Assembly (NCBI RefSeq): GCF_001194135.2
Contig: NC_068989.1
Location: 19,543,640 to 19,607,639 of the forward strand
Source of the DNA: Octopus bimaculoides
Taxonomy: Eukaryota
DNA length: 64,000 nt
Reading direction: 5' to 3'
Of this stretch, positions 25,701-38,669 are shown piece after piece. The translations under genes and the position numbers were made by a program. The notes under the pieces were generated by a model that was not told the origin of the DNA, searched no databases, and saw only the letters and a program-made list of their open reading frames with translations. How positions within the stretch are numbered: the first letter of the stretch is position 1; every line of letters begins with the position of its first letter.

Positions 25701-25800
25701 AGTCGGAGTAATGTCAACATTGGTTTTTTTCATAGATTTTAAAGCAAAAAAATAATAATAATAGCAAAAAAGTTAATGAAATAAGATAAATTATTCTTAC

Positions 25801-25881
25801 TGATATGATGTGCGGACAAGCCATGCAATCGGGCTTTAAAATTGCCAATGTCAGTTGGAGTTTGTTGGCAACCACGTGCAT
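25801..25881 (-). CDS. NME6: NME6 coding exon 1 (81 nt): MHVVANKLQLTLAILKPDCMACPHIIS
   Basis: LQLTLAILKPD matches the NME6 N-terminal LQLTLALIKPD. The ATG is in ccaaaATG context; donor TCA|GTAAGA, phase 0. Confidence 0.93.
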
Positions 25882-28800
25882 TTTGGTAGCACGTTGGAGC
25901 CACCATACAAACGATGAAATAACCTGAAGACTTGAAGAGTTCCTCCTTTTCTGAAGTGACAATAATATTTATAATTAGCTCCCTTGCAAGTCAAACCCAA
26001 AACATTTGTTGTCAAATTATAAATAAAACGAAGTTAGGAATTGGTGAAATACTGTTTGTTCCTTTTACAGCTCGAGCTGTAAAAGACGACGTCTGCTTAT
26101 CTCCAGGTCTGTTTTAACTATGCCACGAGTTAGGTTGTTGATTGTAGTGAGATACTGCCACAGAGGAATAAATACAAGATCTTCACAGCAGACGATTACT
26201 AAACTGAACAAGAGAAGACCTTGGAATATCACGTACAAGAAAGAGATAAATAATAAAAATTCTTTCAACACCTAAAAAAAACAAAATAAACCAACACTTA
26301 TTTTCTGTTTGTTGGCCTCAAATGCATTCACCTATCAAGACAAAGATAGATGCATATTTTCTTTTGTTTTCACTCAAAAACATCACATCTCTTCACCTCA
26401 CTATCGTCTTACTTTTCTCCTTGTTCTCTCCTTTCCCGTCTTTTACATTAACCAGTAGCATGCTTTTCTTTAAACAAAGCTAAGACGTGATCTCCCATAT
26501 TATGAATAGTTAATGGCAGCTGGTAAGAGTAAACAAATTTCTTATCCTTGATATCTCTAATCACCATCGCTGTGTAGATAAAATGCTTTAATTGAATAGC
26601 TCATGGATACTGAGTTCGATTCCTGTCTCACACGATATGCCGTTACTTCAAATAATTCTTGTCACTTTATTTGCCTTAAGTCAACATAACTAGTTGTATT
26701 ACGAGGCTGTCATCAAATGTAATTGAGGGCTAGTTGAGACATTAGATTTCTGAGTTTGAACGTTAGTACAAAGAACTTGACATACAAGAGGTTAATGTAT
26801 CTATAGTTATTGTTCAGGTAAATGATCTCAATTGAGGTATATGTATATAGTTTAATTATTCTATCTTAGAAGAATTGATAATAACAGAGTCGATAACCAA
26901 TATCGGGAGGTTTTTTTTTTTGTACTTTGTAAGTTTTAGACGTAAGCATGGCTGTGTTGTTAAGTTTGTTTCCCAACCACATGGTTCAGGGTGCTGTCCC
27001 ACAACGTGGCGAGTTGGACAAGTTTCTTCGACTACTGTTCGGGCCAACCAAAGCCTTATGAGTGATTAGAAAGACGGAAACTGAAAGAAGCCTGTCGTTT
27101 CTGCGTATGTTTCTTTATGCGAATTTGTAAACGAACGAGCAATCATACAAGCGTTGTTGTTCAAACATGTCCAGCCCTGAGGAAGAATGCCTTTATTGGA
27201 AACAGTTGAGGGTTGGCAACAGAAAGGACATCTGGCCAAAGAAAATCTGCCTCATCAAAATTCATCTGATGCAAGAATGTAAAAGGGGACATTAAAACTA
27301 TGATGACAATATATTTGTTAGTGTCTATTTTACTATGGAATATATTATGCATCGACTTTAAATTTCATTTATACCATTTCTAAACCCACAGCTTTTCCAT
27401 CACACCATTCCTACCTCAAACATTGCTCTGTTGATAGCATTGCGCAAAATGAAGTTGTCTCCTTGTTCTCGAGGCTTCACTTCTACTATTATACTCATTC
27501 CTTTGGCAAAATGGCTTGAAGCTCAGTTTCCCAAGTCCATGTTACTTACTTTGTACCTATACATATGATATTCCTGTATATCAAACTGCTCACCACTCCA
27601 TTTATTTATTATTTTTTTTTTGGTCTTCCACTTCTTACTTGTTTATATTTCAACAAAAGGGGATCCGGGGTTTTTAGTAGCTCTTGTTTATCTCCACAAC
27701 ATCAATGCCTTTACCTTACTTCCGATATACGCTTCAAAGGCAGATGCTTAAATCAGGTCAAGTTGATTACTTCTTCCATAGAATGCAGCAGTATCAAATG
27801 ATCTCAAAAGACCAAACTGTTTCAAATGCTGACTATGATACTGCAACCACATAAATCAATAAATATCACACCATCTTACAAAAAATCCATAAAGAAAACA
27901 CTACACCTTAAACTTTCCTAGCAGTTTTCCCTAATGAATAATGACTTTCAGTTACTGATCTGCCCAGGTTCATTATTGGTTATTTTCTTACTAAAGAGGA
28001 TAAAAATATAACACCAGCTATTTAGAAGCAAATTTATGCCTTTCTTCCACGAATGTCTTGGCTTTTAATTTTATTCTTGACCATGCAAATAAGTGGTCAT
28101 TTGAGGAGTTTGCATGCTGTGCTTCTAGCTTCACCATCGCAATAATATCTGAGCTTCCTGTTCTTTTGCCATAAATATTTCTACCAAACTAAACCAAAGT
28201 TATCTTAGCAACTTCCTTGATTCCATAGCTTAATTTCTTGTTATGATTTCTTTCTTTTGGTGTTGAGAAGGGGAAATGTTACCATACTTGGAAACAAGTG
28301 AGAGTTGCAACAAGGACATTGGGCTATAGAAAATCTGTTTCAACAAATTCTATTTGATTTGTGCCAGCATGGAAAAGTGGATATTAAAATTTTGATGATG
28401 AAATGGTGAAATCTTCACTCTCTTTAGTAATTTTCATAAAAATTTAACATAGAAGATATTAGCCTCAACAAATAACTGAAAAGAGGTACAAACTGAACAG
28501 ATTGATATATGGAAGTATAGATAATAGACTACTGTGCAAAATTAAATCATGTTTATCTTTTACTTGTTTTGGCCTTTAAACTGTGGCAGTGCTGGAGTAC
28601 TGCTTTGAAGGATCTAGTGAACAAGTTGATCCCATTACTTATTTCAAAACCTGGTACTTATGCTATTGGTCACTTTGGCCAAACTGCTAAGTTATAGAGA
28701 AACAGACCCTATCAAGCACTGGTGGGGTTCAACACACACACATACACAATGAGCTTCTTTCCAGTTTCTGTCTACAAAATCCACTCACAAACCTTTGGTC

Positions 28801-29029
28801 ATACCAGGATTACAGTAGAAAGCTATAGTAGTATGGTGCGCCTTGGACTGAACTCAAGACCACATGGTTGGGAAGCTTACTTTCCAACCACAGAACCAAT
28901 TTTTTTTTGCTTTTGTAAAACATGGAGATGACAGGGCATTTATACATCATTCTATGAAAGGAGCAACTGAGCTACAAAAGATCAAAAACCCTGCTATCTG
29001 AGATTGGGCTGAATATTTAATAGGCTGAC

Positions 29030-30610
29030 TATGAAGGCGTAATGCTAGACCAGTGAAATCTTGCATGCCTTAATTTCACCTCTTATTAATAACTGCATTG
29101 TTTTTTTCCAGGTAAACTAACATCTGACTGTTTAAAGAAGACTTCAAAAGTAACTAGTAGCAACTTCTCTTGAAAATAACACAACATTGTTGTGTTACCA
29201 AGTTGTTGTTGTTGGCACTCCGTCGCTTATGACGTCGAGGGTTCCAGTTGATCCGATCAACGGAACAGCCTGCTCGTGAAATCAATGTGCAAGTGGCTGA
29301 GCACTCCACAGACACGCGTACCCTTAACGTAGTTCTCGGGGATATTCAGCATGACACAGTGTGACAAGGCTGGCCCTTTTAATTACAGGCACAACAGAAA
29401 CAGGAAGTAAGAGTGAGAGAAAGTTGTGGTGGAAGAGTACAGCAAAGTTCGCCACCATCCCTTGCTGGAGCCTCGTGGAGCTTTAGGTGTTTTCGCTCAA
29501 TAAACACTCATAATGCCCGGTCTGGGAATCGAAACTGCGATCCTATGACCGCGAGTCCACTGCCCTAACCACTGGGCCATTGCGCCTCCACCGTGTTACC
29601 AAGTACCTACAGATAAAGTGCTTAGCCCTCAAAAACATTAATGCTGATATGGTTACAGCATTAGGTAATGATGCTCCATATTTATCAACAGTACAAAAGT
29701 GGGGAGCGCGAATTTAGGAAAGGAGGGGAGAGTCTTGAAGATAACCCAAGGTCTGGCCATCCTACAACTGTCACTATCAAGGAAAACATTGATCACGTTC
29801 ATCACATGGTGATGGATGACAGGCGATTGATTATAAATCAAATAGCTAATGCTATTAGTATATCCTGTGAGTGTTGAAAATATTCTGCACAATGATCTTG
29901 TTATGACAAAGGTTTCTGCTTAGTAGGTGCCACATCTCTCATCTGATTAAAAGCACACCAGACTAATAACATCACAGGGAAATCTGACATTGTTTGAGGT
30001 AGATCCTGTTTGTTTCCTTGAACGTTTCCTAACTCAGGATGAATGTTGGCTTCATCACTTTGTGCCAGAGGCAAAAAGACAATCCATGCAGTGGAAACAC
30101 CACTTCTCACCTGCTCCAAAGAAGGTCAAGGTTGTTTCATCTGCAGGGAAGGTGATAGCCTGTTTTGGGGGGATGCAAAACGCATTGTATTTATTGACTG
30201 TCTTAAAAAGGGCCACACCATCAATGGAGAGTGCTATGCCAACTTGCTGAGGCAGTTATGAAAGGCTATCAAGATCAAACACCCAGGAAAACTGATGAAA
30301 GGGGTTTTGTTTCATCAGGACAATGCTCCAGCACACAAGTCCTTGGTATCAATGGCTGCTGTTCATGATTGTGCCTTTGAACTGGTTGATCACCCTCTCT
30401 ATTCTTATTTGGCCCAATCTGACTATCATCTGTTCCCCAACATGAAAAACATTTGGTTGGGAACCAATATCACAGTGAAGATGATGTCATATCTACTGTT
30501 GATGACTTTTTTGACCAACAAGATGAAAGCTTCTTTACCAATGGGATCCAAGCCCTGAAACACAGATGGAAGACATGTGGACTGCAAAGGGGACTATCTT
30601 GAAAAATAAA
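29030..30610 (+). mobile_element. Degenerate mariner transposon interrupted by a SINE
   Basis: Fragments VTKYLQIK...STVQKW, EDNPRSGHP, FLTQDECWLHHF, FHQDNAPAH and YLAQSDYHLFPNMK, with frameshifts. The termini are not clearly resolved. Confidence 0.85.
29204..29592 (-). mobile_element. Full-length young tRNA-derived SINE with (CAA)n tail
   Basis: Head ggtggaggcgcaatggcccagtggttagggc (A box) and gtttcgattcc (B box). Perfect 12-bp TSD gtgttaccaagt at 29192-29203 and 29593-29604. Confidence 0.92.
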
Positions 30611-32558
30611 TCTCTAAAAAGATGAAAGTCAAAGTTGACTTCAGCAGAATGTGAACTCAGAATATATAGAGCTAGAAGAAATGACACAGAATATTTTGCC
30701 CAGCATGCTAGCAGCTCTGTCAGTTCTCCTCCTTTAATAATTCTTTCTACTATAGGCACAAAGCCAGAAATTTATGGGAAGAAGCTAATGCTCAACTAGT
30801 ACATTTTTCATCGACCCTGAAAAGATGAAAGGCAAAGTCACCCTTAACAGAATTTGAATGATGGACGAAATACTGCTAAGCATTTTATCCAGCATGGTAA
30901 CAATTCTGCCAGCTTGCTACCTTATTCACTGTATTTTAAAACAGATGGCATTACAATAGTTATTTGTACTCCCTTTACTCCATCCAGCCATCAACAAATT
31001 GGTTGTTCTTTCATTATTGTGTTTTTATCCAGCCTGCTCGTTTGAGTGTTTGCTCTAATATACTAGAATTTAGTTACAGCTAGGAATAACATCAGGTAAC
31101 TGAAAAATGCTTTTGAGGAATTTGCTTTCTCAGCATGCTATTTTGCTGAGTGAGTTATGGTTTATAAGAAAAAATGTTTATGCAAATGTGCAGTTATATT
31201 TTCTTTATATGTCATCATCATCATTTAACGTCTGCTTTCCATGCTGGCATGGGTTAGATGGTTTGACTGGAACTGGTAAGCTAAAGAGCTGCACCAGGTT
31301 CCAGTCTGATTTGGCATGGTTTCTATGGCTGAATGCTCTTCCTAATGCCAACCACTCCAAGAGTGTAATAGTTGCTTTTTATGCACCACCAGCACAGGTG
31401 CCATTTACATGACACCAGCAACAGCCACGACTATGATTGGGTGCCATTATTACAATAGAGTAATTGATGATAGACTCCCAAACAGGTCAATCATTAGTAC
31501 ATTGCATTTTTTATGGTAACAAGAGAATGTCTGAAACTCAGTGCATAGTACTTTGATGAGCATCAGGTTTTCAATGTTCTCATTGATACATCATGGACTT
31601 CTGCAATTCCCATCTACCAAAGTTCATTCACAAAGAATTGGTCAACCTGAGGCTATGATAAAAAGACATTTGTCCATAGTGTGTAACATTGAGATTGAAT
31701 CCAGAACCACATTTTGCAAAGTGGACTTCTTAACCACACAGCTGTCTGCATGGATTTGCAACAGACTTTCTTTTAGATATTTGTACAAAATATCCAGGAA
31801 AGCATAGTTCTTTTTGCCTTTATCTGCCAGCATTTTGATCAATATTTCTTGATTATGTAAAAGAATGAACAGCCAAAGTATTTTGTACTTTCCTAATGGC
31901 TACATCAACGACTCAATATCTCTGAAAAATCTGTCATTCTCTATTCAATCTTTGATCACCACTAACTTTATATAGTGGAGATTGACTTTATCATTTCACT
32001 TATCTGTACTCCAATTGTTACTTTTCTATTCTGCATGAGTAATATAAGACTTACAAACTCCAAAATTTGCCAAAGTATATTTTTAATAGGTAAAATATTT
32101 ATTTTAAATCATCCTCATCTATAGATTTGCAGTGAGCTCCATAGAGTAAGTGGTAATCTTAGTGATCTAATTCCAATTCCTAGTTTGAGCCATTTCATTT
32201 CACTTGACATGAAAATACTTCTCCATAAATTTAAGGCCTTTTTCTAAAGAAAACTCAGCAAGTTGACTGTCATCAATATTTATCAATATCCAAAATTTAT
32301 TTCAAAGTCAAACAACTGCTAAGTTATGAGGATATAAACAAACCAACACCAGTTGTTAAGCAGTGGGTGTGAGGGAACATACACACACACATATATATCA
32401 TCATTCTAATTAAATGCCTATTTTCCATGCAGGCAAGCAAAAGAGCTGCACCAGGTTCCAGTCTGATTTGGTTTGGTTTCTACAGCTAGATGCTCTTCCT
32501 AATGCCAACCATTTTAGAGTGTGCTGGGTACTTTTTATGTGGTACCAGCACATATGTA

Positions 32559-32599
<41 letters not shown>

Positions 32600-35229
32600 C
32601 AACAAAAGAGTTTTCCAGCCTGTACAAGTTACTTGGTTAGATTTACCTGTTTGTCTTTAAACCAGCCATATCTAACTCAAATATTCTACTTGTTTTATGT
32701 TCAAAATGGCCAGATTTGGCTTATCACATCTATCCTACAATGTCATTCTAAAAAATAAACAATCACATCAAAATCTTGAAGGTACAAGATAATGCATGAT
32801 TAATTCAAAACTGTGAATAAATAAGCATTACATTTGACAAAATAATCCAAATGCAAATGGGTTAAAGTTCTTTAAAAAAACTTGGAAAAATTATTCAATT
32901 TTGTTGTTTCAATCTGTTACTGGAAATGATTTGTCTTTACAGCCAGTATGACTGACTAAATATATATCACCATCAGATACAACTGTATTAAACTCAGTTT
33001 TTTTTTAACATTCACATTTCCATCTTTGTATGGATCAAATGTAATTCAGTGAGGGAGATTTTCTATAGCTGGATACCCTTCCCTTTGCCAATCTTTACAG
33101 GTCTCTAAGTAAAGTAACATTTACTCAGATATGTTTCAGCAGAAGACTGGAAACAATGCTTGTAAAATGGTGATGCTTGTTTTACAACAATGTCAAGATA
33201 AGACACATGCACAGACTTCTTTTAATTATTGTCTACCAAATTCACTCACAAGGATCTGGTTGGTCTGAGGCTATGGCAAAAGACATATGCTGTTGGGCAA
33301 GTTTCTGAGTCTGAAACCATATGATTGGAAAGTCACTTCTCATCTACACACCAATGTCTGTTCTTTAATAGAATATAGTAGAAATATACATAGAATTTAA
33401 GTGGAAGAAATTTCAAAGAATTGTCAAATATTTGCAATAATTAGATATGCTCTTTTCTTGTATTAGAACAAGATAACTATAATCATTTTATGTTTACTTT
33501 CCATGAGTGTGAAGACGAGTGACCTAGTGGTTAGGGTGTTGCACTCCCAAAATCATGGGTTTGGTTCCCAGACTGTGCAGTGCATTGTGTTCTTGAGCAA
33601 AGCATTTCAGTTCAACTGTAAATGAGTAACCTTATTAGCTGCTGGCAAATTTGTGGTCAAGCCTGTGGAGACATCTGGTATTCTTTGCCCCCAGACTAAA
33701 TCCATATCAGGGAAGAGATGGCTATCTATAAGTGTCTCCCTCACCATCTTCTGGGGCAACACCTTTTCCATTTTGTCCACTGGGATCACGAGGCAGACTA
33801 ACAAGTCCGATGCCCCTTATAAATAATATCCATTAACACAACATTCCACCCCCTACCAAATATATTGCTGCAATTGTGGATTGTCTCTTGCTTTGATTAA
33901 TATACTTGCAATAGATTGGCATCCTGCTAAAGAAATAAGTTTTAATCTCAGTCACTTATATTAGTGAGCCATGTCTTACTTGTACATTTCAGTTTTGGAT
34001 TGGTTTCCACAAGTGGATGCTCTTCCTGTCATCAACCACTTTCCAGTGGTGTGCATTTTGTTGAAACAACAGTTCATGCCCTTGGCAAGATTAGTGTCCT
34101 CTGAATGCAATTGCTTGTTTGCCAATTATACAAAGCATACTGGGTGCATATTTTGGCATCAGTACTAGTAAGATTGCTTTGTCTCATAAAACAAGAGTAC
34201 TCACTATGTGGACATGTTTCCAATAAACTGTATTTTAACTATTGTAGCTGCCATTGTTTATAATTGCAGTATTATTCCTCCTCTCACACCCACAACAGGC
34301 AAACAAACCTGAAGCATAGTATGTTAGTATTGTTTCATTTCCACCACCCTCTCTCTTCAAAATGCTTCTACACAAAGAAATCAATGTTTTATTTTTAACT
34401 AGGATATTTGGAATATGGCCAAAAGACAGAATCTCAGATTTACTGCTCTTACTGAGCTGGAACTAAGGTGTCTTGATAAGTTTTAAGCTAATAATTACTG
34501 GAATAGCCTTTTTTATTATCTAGATATGAAATTTTATTTCTAGTTTTGTTTTTTAAGTTATAAGCCTCATTGCAAAATGTAAACAAATATCTACGTATTT
34601 GTTGTAATAATGGCACTGTAATAGTTTATTTACTAATCTTTTAGTAAATAAAAACAGCAGTCAATAACAGGGCAAGTATTACAATTATTTCGTTTGTAGC
34701 ACTCGTCCTCTCAGAACAGGTAAACATATATCTGAAGAATTGTAGTAGTGACCCCTATCTCTTATACTTGATCAACTATGCTGCTTCCCTCTCCTCATAA
34801 CTATTCTTACCTCAGACTACCCCAATATTAGATTTGTATGTTTCCACATACTTTTTGCTAATATAATCATTAGTATTTATATATGTATTTCATTTGTATG
34901 AGAATAAGATATGTAAATTTTTTTTTGTCATAAATCTTATCTAGTATGCTGTAAGCAGTACCAACTTCAGTCTAGGAAACTACTCCCGTCTCCCCTCTGC
35001 AATACAGAAACAGTCTATCATAAGCTTCACGCTTTAGCAGAATTTTGGAAAAACACAAACGATAATGCAGCTAATGTGATTAAGAATGCACAAACTCAAT
35101 GAAAAACACACACAATAAAGGAGACGGATTCCCTTGTGCCAGTGGAATAAAATGTACAAAGATAATGCTGCAAAGTAGTTGGTGACAAGAAAAGCATAAA
35201 GCCAATAAAACACCACCACTACAATGCAC

Positions 35230-35750
35230 GTACAGGAGTGATACAACCCTGTTAGTGCTGTAGTCAAGTGGAAATGTCTGGCCATATAGGAAAACCCCAT
35301 TACCCAATTGTTAACAAATGAATGCACTAACTCCTTCAGGGCTGCCATCACAAAAAGTAGTACTGGGAAAATTGTTGAGGTGCTGGAACAAGGGGTTAGT
35401 CAATGCATGCCCTGTACAAGGAGTAAGCATCATCACAAGTTGTCAGAAAAATGGATAGTGAGGTAGTTAAAGCAATCATCTCTTTAGGTGAAATGGCAAA
35501 ACTCACAAAAGCCTAGTAAGAACAGGCAAACTAGTAACTTATTGAAGTCCAGACAAAGAAGAAATGGGAGTCTGTTGGGACACACCCAATGAAAACTGGC
35601 TTCCAATATTACAAGGACACCCCAAGAGAGAAGCATGGCAAATCAAGAACACGGAAACTGAAGCGCTGACAGGCAGCTATTCTTGGGAACAACTGCAATC
35701 CATTGCCAAAGACAGAGGGAAATCTCATTAGCAACCATGGAGTCAAATTA
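35230..35750 (+). mobile_element. Degenerate RTE-type LINE RT/C-terminal fragment
   Basis: Decayed LLGHT...QGHP..KHGKSRT...SWEQLQSIAKDRGK, matching the W.WIGH...G.R..GRP..TW...DR..W pattern. Confidence 0.55.
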
Positions 35751-36925
35751 ATACATCTGCACATTCTCCACATTCAGGACTGGAAAATGAGCAAAACGTC
35801 AGTTTTTGTGAATCCACCTGAGTGACAGCTATGTCTTCTATAGCTGCAGGTTAATAAAAAAAAGCCTAGAGTTGATTTGGAAGGGGGAAACTGCACGTAT
35901 TTTTGTCTCCTTGCCTTGATATTATACAACAGTCATCACCATACAATCCTGTAGAAATGTCTAGCCATGAAGAAATATCTTCTTTGCAAACGAGTGTTGG
36001 CAATAGGCAGGGTGTCTAGCCATGGAAAAATGTATCTCAGTGAGTTATTGCTGATCCATGCAAGCATGAAAAAGTAGATGTCAAAACTATGATGATGCAG
36101 TCTGATGGCTGCTATGAAAGCTACATGTATATCAGAAGAAATTATTGAAGAAAAACTCAACAATTAAGAGGTCTCAAAGTACAAGACAAAAATGTTTTAG
36201 CAAAGAAAGCAGATTTCTATTGCCATTATCAATATACAAAAATAGATAAGAATTCCATATGGTGTACCTGTTGTAAACTATAAACGTGCAAGGCATACTG
36301 GAATTACAGAAAAGGCTGAGAGAAAAGAAAAACCTTTTATGTGGTAGACGTAGAGGAATAGTTAGTAGTGAAAGCACAAATAAAATAAATTCTGTTAAAT
36401 GCTTAAAAGGATTATCTTTGAGTGTAAGTAAATCTTATGACATGAAATCTGATGTTGCATTACACCAAAACATGAACTTGCCATGATGCAGATACATTTT
36501 ACTAGATATGTAGTGTTGTTGTGCACGAATAATTAGAGTACAATGAAAGACTAGGCATAAGAAAAGATATAATAAAGGTAACTATTAGTGAAAACTTACA
36601 ATGTATATGGAAAGTGATAATTGGGTAAAGTACCAGTGATTTGAGTGGAAAGTAAAAACATAGGCTGTAACTGTGAAAGCCAAACTGATTTTCAGAAAGG
36701 AGTGACTGCAGCAACAGGTGGTGACGGGCTGTGCTGAAGATCCAAGCATTCTATGCAAGCACAGATCCTGTTACAAGAGGCAACAATGGAAGGGTTGTTT
36801 GAAATTGAAGAAATAGTCATGATTCATTTCATTATTTATAAGTGTATTAATAGTAAAGACAGGACAAGTGAAAATAAATAGAAACTCAAAAGACAAAAGA
36901 ACAAACACTAAATTTAGTTTATAAT

Positions 36926-36931
36926 TTTATT
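36926..36931 (-). terminator. RPS21: RPS21 polyadenylation signal AATAAA
   Basis: About 20 nt after the TGA at 36952. Confidence 0.7.
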
Positions 36932-36951
36932 TTCTATTTGGCAGGCCATAT

Positions 36952-36961
36952 TCAATAATTT
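36952..36961 (-). CDS. RPS21: RPS21 last coding exon (10 nt): (K)NY*
   Basis: Long polypyrimidine acceptor tttttttctttttctttcag, then A AAT TAT TGA. Completes an 83-aa protein; a poly(A) signal follows. Confidence 0.85.
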
Positions 36962-37803
36962 CTGAAAGAAAAAGAAAAAAAATTCTCATAAAACTGCAAT
37001 AGGTATTGAAATTAAGTTTTGAAAGACATGTAATATAATAGAAAATTAAATTCTATAAAGTTAAAATATTTCAATGTATTTGAATCAAGTTCCCACCGCA
37101 TTTACTATTAATTAATGCATTAGTGTAAGTATGGCTGCATGGTTAAGAAATTTGCAAGCACATAGTTCCGGTTTCAATCCTACTGATTAAGGTGAAATCT
37201 TCTAGCAATGCCCTGGGTTGACCAATTGCCACTGCACCCTACTGAAATTTAGTAGATAGAAATTGCAGAAGCCTGTTGCAAATAAATTAATATAATATAC
37301 AAAGGCCACTTATTTCCACCACCAAAAGTGCTAATTATCAATGAATGCCCTGCTGGAAACCAATATAACTAATAATATTGTGCACTAAACAATTCTTCTA
37401 AAAATAAATATTTTTAGAGTTAAGCATGTCTTTATATATGTATATCTTTATTCTTTACTTCTTTCAGTCATACTGGGGCACCATCTTGAAGGGGTTTTAG
37501 TTGAATGAATTGACCACAATACTGAATCTTTTTTTTCTTATAAGCCTGGGATTTATTCCATCGGTCCCTCATGTTGAACTGCTAAGTTACAGAGACATAA
37601 AGCAAACCAGTACCAATTGTCAAGTGGAAGTGAGAGGACAAACATGATAGGCTTCTTTTAGTCTCATCCACTCTGAAGGATTTGATTTACCTGGGGCTAT
37701 AGAAGAAGCCACATGAACCTGGAACCACGTAGAAAGGAAGCAAACTCTGACCACACAACCACCAAAAATACCAAGTCCAAACTAACAAACTTTCACAACT
37801 TAC

Positions 37804-37859
37804 TTTGCAATAATTCCATCCCTTTTTGCTAAACGGCAAATACTGTCATCAGATTCACC
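37804..37859 (-). CDS. RPS21: RPS21 coding exon (56 nt): GESDDSICRLAKRDGIIA(K)
   Basis: Acceptor ctttacag and donor AA|GTAAGT. Matches eS21 GESDDSILRLAKADGIVSK. Confidence 0.96.
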
Positions 37860-38091
37860 CTGTAAAGTGAGGAGAAAGGAGAAATAAATTAATGAAAAGG
37901 CACTGAAAAGAAATGAACAAATGTTACTATGAATCTAAGGCTGCATCTCCCTAAATATGAGGAACTTACTGAAGATGAAGTTAATTCAAAATATATTAGA
38001 ACCAAATCTGACAAACCTTTCATTTTGTAAAATTCTATATTTCAGTACCACCAATTAATAGTGATGCACACCATTATCTATGCAATGAAAA

Positions 38092-38221
38092 GAATGTCAG
38101 AGGTGCTTGTCCAGACAATTTTATATGGAAAATTATCTGAAAGTTTTCCTCTTTTTATTTTCCAAAGTTTTGGCCCCAGTCACAAAAATGAAGCATGAAC
38201 AGGAATTTGATGACTTTGGCT
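38092..38221 (-). ncRNA. Box H/ACA snoRNA, predicted guide for 18S Psi1238 (5' hairpin) and Psi36 (3' hairpin), copy 1
   Basis: Hairpin ccaaag/ctttgg, H box AAATAA, hairpin agagg/cctct with an 11-bp upper stem, then ACA + 3 nt. Both pockets sit 14 nt from their boxes. Sense-intronic in RPS21 intron 4. Confidence 0.85.
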
Positions 38222-38330
38222 TTATATACAAATAAAGATAGAATCACAACAGACTTCCTATATAATCTAGCAATTTTCCAATATTAACATTATAATAATG
38301 AGCCAAGTTGAAATATATCAAGGGTATTAC

Positions 38331-38402
38331 CATCTGTCGAATCTTCCCGCAAATAGCATATGTTTTGTTTGAACCTGTCATTCTGCCTGTAGTAACATCA
38401 AC
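38331..38402 (-). CDS. RPS21: RPS21 coding exon (72 nt): VDVTTGRMTGSNKTYAICGKIRQM
   Basis: Acceptor ccttttctcag and donor ATG|GTAATA. Matches eS21 [24 protein letters not shown]. Confidence 0.96.
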
Positions 38403-38537
38403 CTGAGAAAAGGGAGAAAGACTAGAAATAAAATCACATAAAAACCACATTCAATTCTGATGTGTGTGTGTGTATGCAAGCCATTTTAACTTGCAACACA
38501 AACTGCCAAAAGATAAAAAAACAAACAATATGGAAAC

Positions 38538-38669
38538 TAATGTCAGAGGTGCTTGTCCAGATAATTTTACGAGTAAAAAATTAGCTGAAAGTTTTCCTCA
38601 ATTTATATCCCAAAGACTAGGCTCTGTACACAGGGGTACTATGTGAACAGGAATTTGACAACTTTGGTG
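38538..38669 (-). ncRNA. Box H/ACA snoRNA, predicted guide for 18S Psi1238 and Psi36, copy 2
   Basis: Paralog of 38092-38221 in RPS21 intron 3. H box ATATAA and ACA-tta end. Pockets gtcaaatt/gcc and aaaacttt/gacaagca are retained while loops and flanks diverge. Confidence 0.85.
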
